DNA of 64,000 bases from Bacteroidales bacterium (GTDB lineage: Bacteria > Bacteroidota > Bacteroidia > Bacteroidales > UBA12077). Under the pieces are notes generated by a model that saw nothing but the letters and a program-made list of their open reading frames with translations, was not told the origin of the DNA and did no database searches. Position 1 is the first letter of the stretch. Every line of letters starts with the position of its first letter. The stretch is taken from positions 1,054-65,053 of the forward strand of contig DATFIZ010000123.1 of assembly GCA_035269575.1 (NCBI GenBank), in the 5' to 3' direction. Shown here piece by piece: positions 38,021 to 47,473 of this stretch. Made by a program: the position numbers and the translations under genes.

Positions 38021-38028
38021 CAAATATA
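38021..38028 (-). promoter_or_regulatory. Candidate -7 promoter box (TATATTTG on the minus strand) for the cys leader/cysE-cysK transcript
   Basis: Exact TAnnTTTG match, 19 nt upstream of the leader-peptide ATG. No such box fits between the terminator and the cysE ATG. Confidence 0.4.
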
Positions 38029-38054
38029 AATTAAATTAGTTTAATAACAAGTTA

Positions 38055-38777
38055 TTAATTTTCAATCATATCACGAATAACTACTGATGCACAAAAACAT
38101 CCGTAGATGGGTGGCATATAAGAAATTGTTCCAATCGTTGATTTTTTATTTTCACCCGGTTCATCAACGATAACGGCACTCTCATCAGCTTTTTCTTCAG
38201 AAAAAACTACTTTTACACCTTTCGAGATGCCTAATTTGCGTAATCTTTTCCTGAGCAGGAAACCTAACCGGCAATTATAGGATTTTGAAATATCTTTAAT
38301 CTTAAGTTTAGTAGGATCCATTCGACCTCCCGATCCCAAAGAGCTTACAATTTTAAATCCTTTTTTTCTTGCATGATAAATAAGATAAACTTTTGGAGAC
38401 AACGTATCAATAGCATCAACCACATAATCGTAAGGTTTGTTTAGGATATCAATCATTTGGTTATCTTTAACAAACGCTTGTATACTATTTATTTTGAGTT
38501 CGGGATTAATATCCCGCAATCGCTCACTTAAGATTTGTGTTTTGGATTTACCCATTGTGCTTTCAAGTGCAATGAGTTGTCGGTTCTTGTTTGACGGATG
38601 AAGTGTGTCGCCATCAACAATGGTTAGTTCGCCAATCCCGGCTCTGCACAAATTTTCAGCAGCATAGGCTCCCACTCCGCCCAGACCAACAATAAGAATA
38701 TGGGCATTTTTTAATTTATTAACCTTTTCTTTACCAATTAATAATTCTGTACGTTCCTGCCAATTTTCTGTACTCAT
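38055..38777 (-). CDS. tcdA: tRNA threonylcarbamoyladenosine dehydratase (ThiF/MoeB/HesA-family E1-like)
   Basis: ILIVGLGGVGAYAAENLCRAGIGELTIVDGDTLHPSNKNRQ nucleotide-binding motif. 240 aa, which fits TcdA/CsdL size. Confidence 0.8.
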   Translation of the reverse strand: MSTENWQERTELLIGKEKVNKLKNAHILIVGLGGVGAYAAENLCRAGIGELTIVDGDTLHPSNKNRQLIALESTMGKSKTQILSERLRDINPELKINSIQAFVKDNQMIDILNKPYDYVVDAIDTLSPKVYLIYHARKKGFKIVSSLGSGGRMDPTKLKIKDISKSYNCRLGFLLRKRLRKLGISKGVKVVFSEEKADESAVIVDEPGENKKSTIGTISYMPPIYGCFCASVVIRDMIEN

Positions 38778-38824
38778 AAATTAAATGATTTTAGCAAAAA
38801 ATAAATCTTCATATATTGAAAGCA

Positions 38825-38832
38825 CAAATTTA
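38825..38832 (-). promoter_or_regulatory. Candidate -7 promoter box (TAAATTTG on the minus strand) for tcdA
   Basis: Exact TAnnTTTG match, 48 nt upstream of ATG 38777. Confidence 0.35.
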
Positions 38833-38925
38833 AAATTTCTATCTATTTTATTTATTGTTGCTCTTTTATTGCCATTGCCTTCAGCTTCAGCTGACGGAAA
38901 AGAGATTAAACAAAGAACTAAGGTT

Positions 38926-39615
38926 TTAGCCGGGGTTATTATTTCTCAAAAAATTTTGTAAGTTATTCACCAGCTGTAATTTAAGCTCGTCGACACGAAT
39001 CATCATCTTTTCAGCCGCAATCTGATACATCTCTTTTATTGAAATATTAAAATCATCGGTTTCAAGAAAGATTCTGTCTTTCGGCAGTTGATGAAAAAAT
39101 TGATTTATTCTTGAATTTTCATTTTTAATATGATGACAAATAGATAAATAAAACCCATGATCAATAAAATCCAAAGCCATCTGCTGGCTGCCGGTAAAAT
39201 TATGGATTACCCAATTAGCGCTGGGTCGTGTATCTTTTTTTAATTTTAGGATTTCATTATGTGCTTTTACCGAATGAATAACCAAAGGTAAATGATGCTT
39301 TTCGGATAGTTCGATATGTTTTTTAAAAACCTGAAATTGCGTTTCCCACTGAACACCTTTCAGTTTATCCAGTCCGGTTTCGCCAATAGCAATTATTTTT
39401 TTTGCAGATATGAGTTTTTTGAGTTTCTGGGCTATTTGATTTAATGCTAGCTGATCAGCATGCCAGGGATGTAGCCCGGCAGTAAAAAAAATCTTACCAC
39501 TATCATCTGTGGTAAGATTATCCTGCAAAAACAAACTTTGAATAACAATTTCGTTCTCACCGGGTATCTGTTGATGAGCGTGAAAATTTAAGTAGTTATC
39601 ACCAGAAAGATGCAT
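38926..39615 (-). CDS. TatD-family metal-dependent hydrolase
   Basis: Metal-ligand pattern: N-terminal HAH, GETGLD, VIHSV and LETD. Confidence 0.75.
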   Translation of the reverse strand: MHLSGDNYLNFHAHQQIPGENEIVIQSLFLQDNLTTDDSGKIFFTAGLHPWHADQLALNQIAQKLKKLISAKKIIAIGETGLDKLKGVQWETQFQVFKKHIELSEKHHLPLVIHSVKAHNEILKLKKDTRPSANWVIHNFTGSQQMALDFIDHGFYLSICHHIKNENSRINQFFHQLPKDRIFLETDDFNISIKEMYQIAAEKMMIRVDELKLQLVNNLQNFLRNNNPG

Positions 39616-39632
39616 AAATAATTAATCATTAA

Positions 39633-41165
39633 TTATTTTTTTATACGATCAACCCCTGTCTGAATTCTTTTCAATGTTTCTTCTTTTCCTATAAGTTCAG
39701 CTATTTCAAAAACGCCCGGACCTATGCCGGCTCCCACGAGTGTTAATCGTAAAGGATTCATGATCTGCCCCATACCTATTTCTTTTTCTTCCATTAAAAT
39801 TTGTACTTCTTTATTCATTGAATCCTGATTAAAGTCGTCTAATGCTTCAAAGCGTTTTTTTAATTCTGTTAATAATTCAGGAGTATGTTCTTTCCACCTT
39901 TTTTTCACCACTTTAGGGTCATATTCTTTGGGTGACTGAAAAAAGAACCAGGATTGTTCCCAAAAATCCGAAACAAAATGTGCTCGTTCTTTAATCAGCT
40001 TTACAATTTTAATAACATAAGCATCATTAACGGTAATTCCTTTTTCTTTTAATTCTTTTTGAAATTGTCGGGCTAATTTTTCATCGGAACGAGCTACCAG
40101 GTATTTATGATTAAACCATTTTGCCTTTTCAGGATCGAACCGGGCTCCACCTTTTTGTACTTTTTCAATATCAAAAGCAGCGATTAATTCACGCATAGAA
40201 AATATTTCTTTTTCGGTTCCCGGATTCCATCCAAGCAATGTAATCATATTTACAAATGCTTCTGGAAAATAACCATCTTCGCGATATCCTCTTGACACTT
40301 CTCCTGTTTTAGGATCGGTCCACTCAAGGGGAAATACAGGGAACCCCAGAGCATCACCATCACGCTTGCTTAATTTCCCTTTACCATTGGGTTTTAACAA
40401 TAAGGGCAGGTGGGCAAACTCCGGCATCGTATCTTCCCAGCCTAAAGCTCTGTAAAGCATAACATGTAGAGGTAATGAGGGTAACCATTCTTCACCACGT
40501 ATTACATGAGAAATTTTCATAAAATGATCATCGATAATATTGGCCAGGTGATAAGTAGGCATTCCATCAGATTTAAATAATACTTTATCATCCAGCTGAT
40601 TGGTATTTACCTTCACCGTTCCGCGAATTATATCCTCGACAACAATATTTTCGTTTTCGGGCATTTTAAATCTGATTACATAAGGTTCCCCGGATTGAAC
40701 TCTATCTTCGGTCTCTTCTTCGCTTAAGGAAAGCGAATTTTTCATGCGGTCCCGGGTAAGTGCATTATATTGCTGTACACTGTTTTTCTCATTTTTAAGG
40801 CGTTCGCGCATTGCTTCAAGTTCTTCTGCTGTATCGAAAGCAAAATATGCATTTCCTGTTTCTACAAATTTCTCGGCTATTTCTTTGTAGATTTCTTTAC
40901 GGTCTGATTGACGATAGGGTCCATAAGGGCCACCTTCTTCAACTCCCTCGTCAATTTGGATACCACACCATTTTAAGGATTCAATAATGTAATCCTCTGC
41001 ACCTTCAACATATCGTGCCTGGTCGGTATCTTCAATGCGTAAGATGAAACTTCCTTTGTGTTTTTTGGCAAAAAGATAGTTAAATAAAGCGGTTCGTACA
41101 CCTCCCATATGTAATGGTCCTGTTGGACTGGGGGCAAATCTTACGCGCACATTTCGGTTATTCAT
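39633..41165 (-). CDS. gltX: Glutamate--tRNA ligase
   Basis: RFAPSPTGPLHMGGVRTALFNY (HIGH-type) and KLSKRDG (KMSKS-type). 510 aa. Confidence 0.95.
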   Translation of the reverse strand: MNNRNVRVRFAPSPTGPLHMGGVRTALFNYLFAKKHKGSFILRIEDTDQARYVEGAEDYIIESLKWCGIQIDEGVEEGGPYGPYRQSDRKEIYKEIAEKFVETGNAYFAFDTAEELEAMRERLKNEKNSVQQYNALTRDRMKNSLSLSEEETEDRVQSGEPYVIRFKMPENENIVVEDIIRGTVKVNTNQLDDKVLFKSDGMPTYHLANIIDDHFMKISHVIRGEEWLPSLPLHVMLYRALGWEDTMPEFAHLPLLLKPNGKGKLSKRDGDALGFPVFPLEWTDPKTGEVSRGYREDGYFPEAFVNMITLLGWNPGTEKEIFSMRELIAAFDIEKVQKGGARFDPEKAKWFNHKYLVARSDEKLARQFQKELKEKGITVNDAYVIKIVKLIKERAHFVSDFWEQSWFFFQSPKEYDPKVVKKRWKEHTPELLTELKKRFEALDDFNQDSMNKEVQILMEEKEIGMGQIMNPLRLTLVGAGIGPGVFEIAELIGKEETLKRIQTGVDRIKK

Positions 41166-41210
41166 GTTAAAATATTTTTATGGCTGTTAAATACTTTCCT
41201 TATTTCTTAA

Positions 41211-41218
41211 CAAAAATA
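41211..41218 (-). promoter_or_regulatory. Candidate -7 promoter box (TATTTTTG on the minus strand) for gltX
   Basis: Exact TAnnTTTG match, 46 nt upstream of ATG 41165. Confidence 0.35.
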
Positions 41219-41371
41219 AAGTATTCTTAAGTCTTTACATAATGCAATGTAAAGATATTTTGTGATACAGGCATTGATGTTGTACAACAAAATAATAGAT
41301 TATGATTAATTTGTAATCTTTTGTATATTCGAGCGCGAAATTAAAATTAAAAAAGAAACAATATTTTCAAT

Positions 41372-42322
41372 ATGAAGAACATATTAATTACAGGAGCATC
41401 AGGACAGATAGGTTCTGATCTTACGATTGAGTTGAGACGATTATTTGGTAATGATCATGTGATTGCTTCGGATATTAAACCCGGAACACCTGAAATAATG
41501 CAAGGAGGTCCATTTGAGACCCTGGATGTAATGGATAAAAAACGGATTGTTGAAGTTGTTGATAAATATAACATCACAGAAATATACCACCTGGCAGCCA
41601 TTCTTTCCGGCAATGCAGAAAAAAATCCAAAGTGGGCATGGGATATCAATATGACCAGTTTATTTAATGTATTGGATATTGGTAAAGAAAAAGAAATAAA
41701 AAAAATATTCTGGCCCAGCTCAATGGGTGCTTTTGGTCCTACAACTCCGCCCATTGATACGCCTCAATTAACCATAATGGAACCATCAACGGTTTATGGT
41801 ATAAGCAAATTAGCGGGCGAACGATGGTGCGAATATTATTATAATAAATATGGTTTGGATGTAAGAAGCTTGCGTTATCCGGGTTTAATCAGCTGGAAGA
41901 CCGAAGCAGGAGGTGGAACTACAGATTATGCTGTAGAAATTTTTTACGATGCCATTACGTGCGGAAAATATGAATGTTTCCTTTCTGAAGACATTGCATT
42001 ACCGATGATGTATATGGATGATGCGGTAAAAGCAACGATTCAGCTTATGGAAACGGATGCTAAAAATGTAAGGGTACGTTCAAGCTATAATTTAGGAGGG
42101 ATAAGTTTTACTCCGAAAGAAATTACCGATGAAATCAAAAAATATATCCCTGAATTAGATGTAAGCTATAAGCCGGATTTCAGACAGGAAATTGCAGAAT
42201 CATGGCCCCGCAGTATAAGTGACGTAGCAGCTCAGCAAGACTGGGGATGGAAACATGAATTTGATCTGGGAAAAATGACGAAGGTGATGATTGATAATAT
42301 CAGGGAGAAGTTAAAAAAATAG
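41372..42322 (+). CDS. NAD-dependent epimerase/dehydratase-family protein, probably SDR-type L-threonine 3-dehydrogenase
   Basis: ILITGASGQIGSDLTIELRRLFGNDHVIASD Rossmann motif and YGISK catalytic YxxxK. The size and N-terminus resemble the UDP-glucose-4-epimerase-like threonine dehydrogenases. No kbl gene is adjacent. Confidence 0.65.
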   Translation: MKNILITGASGQIGSDLTIELRRLFGNDHVIASDIKPGTPEIMQGGPFETLDVMDKKRIVEVVDKYNITEIYHLAAILSGNAEKNPKWAWDINMTSLFNVLDIGKEKEIKKIFWPSSMGAFGPTTPPIDTPQLTIMEPSTVYGISKLAGERWCEYYYNKYGLDVRSLRYPGLISWKTEAGGGTTDYAVEIFYDAITCGKYECFLSEDIALPMMYMDDAVKATIQLMETDAKNVRVRSSYNLGGISFTPKEITDEIKKYIPELDVSYKPDFRQEIAESWPRSISDVAAQQDWGWKHEFDLGKMTKVMIDNIREKLKK

Positions 42323-42335
42323 ACAGATAAAAATT

Positions 42336-42363
42336 TAAAAACCCGGCTTTTGCCGGGTTTTTG
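42336..42363. terminator. Terminator hairpin between the convergent 41372-42322 gene and nrdJ
   Basis: AACCCGGC (42340-42347) / GCCGGGTT (42352-42359), flanked by an A-run and a T-run. Confidence 0.8.
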
Positions 42364-42422
42364 CTATGATTTGATATCACAGCCTTTTTTTGCAAATATT
42401 GGAAATATAAACTACAAAATTT

Positions 42423-45014
42423 TTATCCGCATTTAGAGTGGCCACAATCCTGGCAGATTAAACAACCTTCCTGATAAATAAGAGATTCAGCACCACATTC
42501 AGAGCATTTCGTTCCAACTTTGGGTTTGGTTCCATTCGGAATATATCTTTTTAAAGCGCGTTCTACTCCATTTTTCCAGGTATTTATGGTCTTACTGTCT
42601 AATCGTAACGAAGCAACTAATCCAACCACATCAGGAATTGGCATTCCGTGGCGTAAGACCCCTGAAATTAGCTTGGCATAATTCCAAAATTCTTTATTAA
42701 ACATATGAGATAAACCACCCAAAGTATTTTCATATCCGAATTTATCGGTGTATTGAAAATCATATCGGCTATTGCCCGCTTTATCTTTAACTTTAATAAT
42801 TCTGCCGCGATTTATGGATTTTGGAATAGGGAAGATTTCTTCATCGGCAAGACCGGTAAATATTTCGTAAGGCCTGTCATCTTTAATTCCCACAAAGGCT
42901 ATCCATTTCTCGTCGTTATTATTAAAACGAATAATCTCGGCATCTAAAATTTTGGGTCTTTTATGCGATGTTTCGAGCTCTACAGATCCATTTTTCTTTT
43001 CTTTTTTGTTCGATATAAGAACCCCGGATCGTGAACCTTCTCTGTAAACGGTAACGCCCTTACAACCGCTCTCCCAGGCTGTAATATATAGTTGTCCAAC
43101 AAGGTCTTCGGTTGCATCTTCGGGTAGGTTAATGGTAACACTTATTGAGTGGTCGACCCATTTTTGTATCCTACCCTGCATTTTTACTTTGCTTACCCAA
43201 TCTACATCATTAGCAGTGGCTTTATAATAAGGTGTTTGTTCTATAATTTTTTCAATATCATCATCCGACCTGGTTTTTACTTCTGCAGGATCATAACCAT
43301 TTATCTTCAACCAGTCAATAAATTTGTGATGGAAAACATAATATTCTTCCCACGAATCACCTATTTCATCTACAAAAGAAACGTGTGTGTCGGGGTCGTT
43401 GGGATTTACTTTTCTTCTGCGCTTGTATACCGGACGGAAAACAGGTTCAATCCCTGATGTTGTTTGAGTCATCAGGCTTGTTGTTCCGGTAGGAGCAATC
43501 GTTAACAGGGCAATATTTCTACGACCATATTGTACCATATCAGCATATAATTGCTCATCTTGTTCTTTTAGACGCAAAATAAAAGGATTATCTTTTTCTT
43601 TTTGTGCATCATAAATTTCAAAAGCTCCACGTTCTTTTGCCATATTCACTGATGAACGATAAGCAGCCAGGGCTATTGTTTTGTGTATTTCTTCAGAAAA
43701 GTCAACGGCATTTTCGCTACCATAACGTAATCCTAGTGAAGCTAACATATCGCCTTCGGCGGTTATTCCAACGCCTGTTCGTCTTCCTTCAATAGCTTTG
43801 CTTCGTATGTTTCGCCATAACTTATCTTCTACTCTTTTTATTTCGTAATCTTCCGGATCCTTTTCAATCTTATGAAGTATTGCATCAATTTTTTCAATTT
43901 CTAAATCGATGATATCGTCCATTATTCGTTGAGCGTATCCAACATGTTCTTTAAATAGTTCGAAATTAAACTTTGCTTTATCGGTAAAAGGATTATCAAC
44001 ATAGCTGTATAAATTAACGGCTAATAAACGGCAGCTGTCATAAGGGCATAATGGAATTTCTCCACAGGGGTTAGTAGACACAGTTCTGTATCCCAGATCG
44101 GCATAGCTGTCGGCAACTGATTCATTAATGACTGTATCCCAGAATAATATTCCCGGCTCAGCGGATTTCCATGCATTATGCACAATTTTTTTCCAAAGTT
44201 TCTGTGCATCAATGGTTTGTTTGAATGTTGGTTCCTTTGATTCTATGGGGTATTGTTGGAGGTATGGTTTATTTTCCACTACCGATTTCATAAATTCATG
44301 ATCGATACGAACCGAAACATTGGCACCGGTAACTTTGCCGGTTTCCAGTTTTGCATCGATGAATTTTTCCGCATCGGGATGTTTGCTCGAGATGCTTAAC
44401 ATGAGCGCTCCTCTGCGGCCATCTTGTGCTACTTCGCGTGTTGAATTTGAATAGCGCTCCATAAAAGGCACTACGCCGGTTGATGTAAGGGCACTATTTA
44501 ATACCGGACTGCCTTGAGGGCGTATATGAGAAAGGTCGTGCCCTACACCGCCTCTTCTTTTCATTAACTGTACCTGTTCCTGGTCTATTTTCATAATTCC
44601 GCCATACGAATCGGCCGGATTATTATGCCCAATAACAAAACAATTAGATAATGAAGCAATTTGGTATTTGTTTCCAATACCTGACATGGGTCCGCCCTGG
44701 GGAATAATATATTTAAAGTCTTTTAATAATTGGTAGATTTTTTCTTCGTCCATTGGGTTTGGATAACGCTTTTCAATTCTTGCAATTTCTTTTGCCAAAC
44801 GATGGTGCATTTCGTCGGGATTTTTTTCAAATAAATTCCCGAACGAATCTTTTAAAGCATATTTATTCGCCCAAACTCTTGCTGCCAGGTCATCACCCTT
44901 AAAATACTCTTTTGAGCTTTTAAAAGCTTCGTCAAAAGTATACGTCTTTTGTTTTGTTTTCTCCTGAGAAGCTTCGCGTATTTTTCCGTCAGTTGCCATT
45001 CCTTTTACATACAT
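42423..45014 (-). CDS. nrdJ: Class II (adenosylcobalamin-dependent) ribonucleotide reductase with a C-terminal Cys-rich zinc-finger tail
   Basis: About 860 aa. ARVWANKYALKD N-terminus, active-site region STNPCGEIPL, and C-terminal CSECGAESLIYQEGCLICQDCGHSKCG. The start is ATG 45014 or 44999; the track uses TTG 45023. Confidence 0.9.
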   Translation of the reverse strand: MYVKGMATDGKIREASQEKTKQKTYTFDEAFKSSKEYFKGDDLAARVWANKYALKDSFGNLFEKNPDEMHHRLAKEIARIEKRYPNPMDEEKIYQLLKDFKYIIPQGGPMSGIGNKYQIASLSNCFVIGHNNPADSYGGIMKIDQEQVQLMKRRGGVGHDLSHIRPQGSPVLNSALTSTGVVPFMERYSNSTREVAQDGRRGALMLSISSKHPDAEKFIDAKLETGKVTGANVSVRIDHEFMKSVVENKPYLQQYPIESKEPTFKQTIDAQKLWKKIVHNAWKSAEPGILFWDTVINESVADSYADLGYRTVSTNPCGEIPLCPYDSCRLLAVNLYSYVDNPFTDKAKFNFELFKEHVGYAQRIMDDIIDLEIEKIDAILHKIEKDPEDYEIKRVEDKLWRNIRSKAIEGRRTGVGITAEGDMLASLGLRYGSENAVDFSEEIHKTIALAAYRSSVNMAKERGAFEIYDAQKEKDNPFILRLKEQDEQLYADMVQYGRRNIALLTIAPTGTTSLMTQTTSGIEPVFRPVYKRRRKVNPNDPDTHVSFVDEIGDSWEEYYVFHHKFIDWLKINGYDPAEVKTRSDDDIEKIIEQTPYYKATANDVDWVSKVKMQGRIQKWVDHSISVTINLPEDATEDLVGQLYITAWESGCKGVTVYREGSRSGVLISNKKEKKNGSVELETSHKRPKILDAEIIRFNNNDEKWIAFVGIKDDRPYEIFTGLADEEIFPIPKSINRGRIIKVKDKAGNSRYDFQYTDKFGYENTLGGLSHMFNKEFWNYAKLISGVLRHGMPIPDVVGLVASLRLDSKTINTWKNGVERALKRYIPNGTKPKVGTKCSECGAESLIYQEGCLICQDCGHSKCG

Positions 45015-45444
45015 TTTAAGCAATTTTTTATAATGAGTTTATTTTTTGTTGATTATGTTCTATAACACTTTAAGAAAAGGTAATGCTAATTTAAACATAG
45101 TTGAAGGTTCGGGCAAGATGTTTTGGTTTGTATTTTTCAACATTTCATTGGAGTTATTAACTTTAGGTTTTAAAGTGCTGTAGTACTTGTTATTAAAGGA
45201 TTACAGCGTCATAATAAAAAAGAATTACATATGAAAATAATGTTCATTTTTTATTTGCACAACGATTGTTAATAACCTTAAAAACCTCTGTTCTTTTAAT
45301 GGTTTGAGGATGATAAAAATTTTTTAACGCAGAGATATTTGTTGTTTGTCCGGATGTTAAGTTGCTTAAATTGCGAGTTTTATCACTATATTCTTTAAAA
45401 AGGAAGTGTTGAGATTGTTCGGGTTATTTGGATTATACCCGGGA

Positions 45445-45483
45445 CGAAAAAAATAAAGGCTGTCCAAAAAATGAACAGCCTTT
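45445..45483 (-). terminator. Rho-independent terminator after the TonB-receptor/lipoprotein pair
   Basis: Minus-strand hairpin AAAGGCTGT / ACAGCCTTT (plus 45455-45463 and 45475-45483), followed by a U-rich run. Confidence 0.8.
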
Positions 45484-45508
45484 AGATTATAAAGCAGAAG
45501 AATTATAT

Positions 45509-47461
45509 TTATTCTATTCTTCTCATACCATATTTACCATAAACAGTTTCCGGTTCGTCTGCATAATCAGTATGTTGTGTGAACTCCGGATCTGGTCCGT
45601 CTTTTGTACACTGGAAATGTATAGTATAATAGTTCTTAGATAAATCATTTTCGTAGGTATAGAATGTTACATAATAGTGAACATCTACTCCGCTAACAGT
45701 CGCTGTGGCTTCCGGATATTTTTGTTTCAGCAGTATATCAATTGCTTCAGGTAACCTTTTCCAGGTTTCATCAATGGCTTCATCTTGTGTTAAACCGTCA
45801 AATCCGGGGATATTATATTCATTTCTTTTACCCAATCGAAGATCAAAATTTGAATAATATGAACTTGCTCCGTAATAAAATTCACCCGTTCCGTAAGAGT
45901 CGATATAATCCTGGCTGACTTCATTTTTTACATAATCAACAATGATTTGATAATCGGCCCCTGACATGGTGAATTCAATGGTTGGATCGAAAACCCAATT
46001 CTCTCCATTATGAATAAATTGCTGGGTTGTTTCATTAATATAATTGTAAAGTGACTGCCACTCCCCATTGGTGTATGTATATTCATCGGCTAAGGTTAAT
46101 GTACCTTCAATTCCTGTATAATAATCGTATATGATAATTTTAGTAATCCCTTCGCCAGCAGCAGGATACATTGCTTTTAATAAATTGGGCAAGTAATCCC
46201 GTGGACTTTCATCACTGGAGAAACTGTTGTAATCTCCGGGAGCTCCCATTGCATCATAATCCTTACTACTTAGATGATAAACATCATCAACGATCATCCA
46301 TGAAGATCCATCATATTCATAGATATCATATTTGGTATAGGGTGTTTTTTCGTCTGTTACCACATAGCCAGGGTCATAAACTCTTACTGTAACATCATCA
46401 ATTTGCATGGTAGTGGTTATATCACCATCTCCACCAGTATATTTAAAAGCAATATAAACATTGCCTCCAGTATAAGTATCCAGAGTAATATTCCCGGATT
46501 CAACCCAGGAACTGGCATAGCCACCAGAATTTCCTGTTGATAAGGTTGGATTCAAATTTACCCATGTAGCCGTATTTGGGTCTCCGGTTCCGGTATAATC
46601 AGTAGAGATTAAAACTTCCAAGGGATCTCCATTATTATATCCATCTTTACTTTTGAAATTGAATATTGCTTCTGGATAATCAGTCAGGTCTACAACAGGG
46701 GTAATTAGCCAGCTAATATTAGATGGTTCTTCTGAACCATAGGCACTCATTTGTACATATAAATTGTTATCATACTCTCTGCCTTCCCAGGTTTCTGTGC
46801 CCACTTCATTAAAAACCATCCAGTTGTCAATATCTATTGATTCATAAGGGATTACCTCATTAAATTTTTCTTCAAAATAAATTGGATAGTCGCTTTCAGT
46901 CATAACAGGATCTACATCACTGTACTTATATTTTATAATATAGATTTCATCTTCAACCGCATCTGAAATACTATCATTTAAAACATCTGGAATAAAGAAA
47001 TCAGGATTGTATTCAGGATAAAAATAACCTGCTGTTCCAACAAACTCATTAACTGAATTGTAGTAATTTGATGTAAATTCTATTATTTCGGCATTAGAAT
47101 AAGTGGCCAGTTCGTCCGGAATATCAGCTATATAATTAAAGGTTACATTCGCTGCAGAATTCTTATTGAGTGCAGGAAATAAATCGGACAATAAATAAGG
47201 AACATAATCTGCCCCGGCGAAACTGTCATTGAATGCTTTAAAATTAGAAAGGTATTCAGCCCAGGTGGAATCCTGTGCGTTCTCAGCATCAGCTAAAGCA
47301 TAGGATGTTAATGTTTCATAATCGTTAGAAGTCAGCGTATATTCAATATTTTCATAATAGGGTTCCACTTTTTCGTCTAATTCTTTGTAGACATCATCCA
47401 TTTGTTCACAAGACCAAATGGATACTAATAAAATCGAGGTTAATATTAATATTTTTTTCAT
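45509..47461 (-). CDS. Surface lipoprotein (650 aa) with a central MAM/choice-of-anchor-J-like beta-sandwich; not SusD-like
   Basis: Lipobox SIWSC. The central region WMVFNEVGTETWEGREYDNNLYVQMSAYG...ISWLITPVVDL...LEVLISTDYTGTGDPNTATWVNL...YIAFKYTG...MQIDDVTV recalls choice-of-anchor J. The protein is acidic and Tyr/Asp-rich. Its start lies 13 nt downstream of the receptor gene's stop codon (12-nt gap). Confidence 0.65.
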   Translation of the reverse strand: MKKILILTSILLVSIWSCEQMDDVYKELDEKVEPYYENIEYTLTSNDYETLTSYALADAENAQDSTWAEYLSNFKAFNDSFAGADYVPYLLSDLFPALNKNSAANVTFNYIADIPDELATYSNAEIIEFTSNYYNSVNEFVGTAGYFYPEYNPDFFIPDVLNDSISDAVEDEIYIIKYKYSDVDPVMTESDYPIYFEEKFNEVIPYESIDIDNWMVFNEVGTETWEGREYDNNLYVQMSAYGSEEPSNISWLITPVVDLTDYPEAIFNFKSKDGYNNGDPLEVLISTDYTGTGDPNTATWVNLNPTLSTGNSGGYASSWVESGNITLDTYTGGNVYIAFKYTGGDGDITTTMQIDDVTVRVYDPGYVVTDEKTPYTKYDIYEYDGSSWMIVDDVYHLSSKDYDAMGAPGDYNSFSSDESPRDYLPNLLKAMYPAAGEGITKIIIYDYYTGIEGTLTLADEYTYTNGEWQSLYNYINETTQQFIHNGENWVFDPTIEFTMSGADYQIIVDYVKNEVSQDYIDSYGTGEFYYGASSYYSNFDLRLGKRNEYNIPGFDGLTQDEAIDETWKRLPEAIDILLKQKYPEATATVSGVDVHYYVTFYTYENDLSKNYYTIHFQCTKDGPDPEFTQHTDYADEPETVYGKYGMRRIE

Positions 47462-47473
47462 AATAAATTTTTA

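Noticed and set aside
41232-41255. Perfect 9-bp inverted repeat TCTTTACAT-N6-ATGTAAAGA in the gltX / 41372-42322 divergent promoter region
   Set aside because: It could be an operator, but no regulator gene is adjacent and there is no second copy in the window, so it cannot be interpreted from the sequence alone.
45327-45396. Possible NrdR boxes upstream of nrdJ (ACGCAGAGATATTTGT and TCACTATATTCTTTAA)
   Set aside because: Each matches only about half of the 16-bp NrdR palindrome as I recall it (acaCwAtATaTwGtgt). Their centres are ~54 bp apart rather than the usual ~31-32 bp. This is not distinguishable from AT-rich background without a genome-specific motif.
45428-45643. 71-aa plus-strand ORF spanning the terminator and the 3' end of the lipoprotein gene
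   Set aside because: It overlaps a strong terminator hairpin and is antisense to the end of a well-supported gene. It is an artefact.
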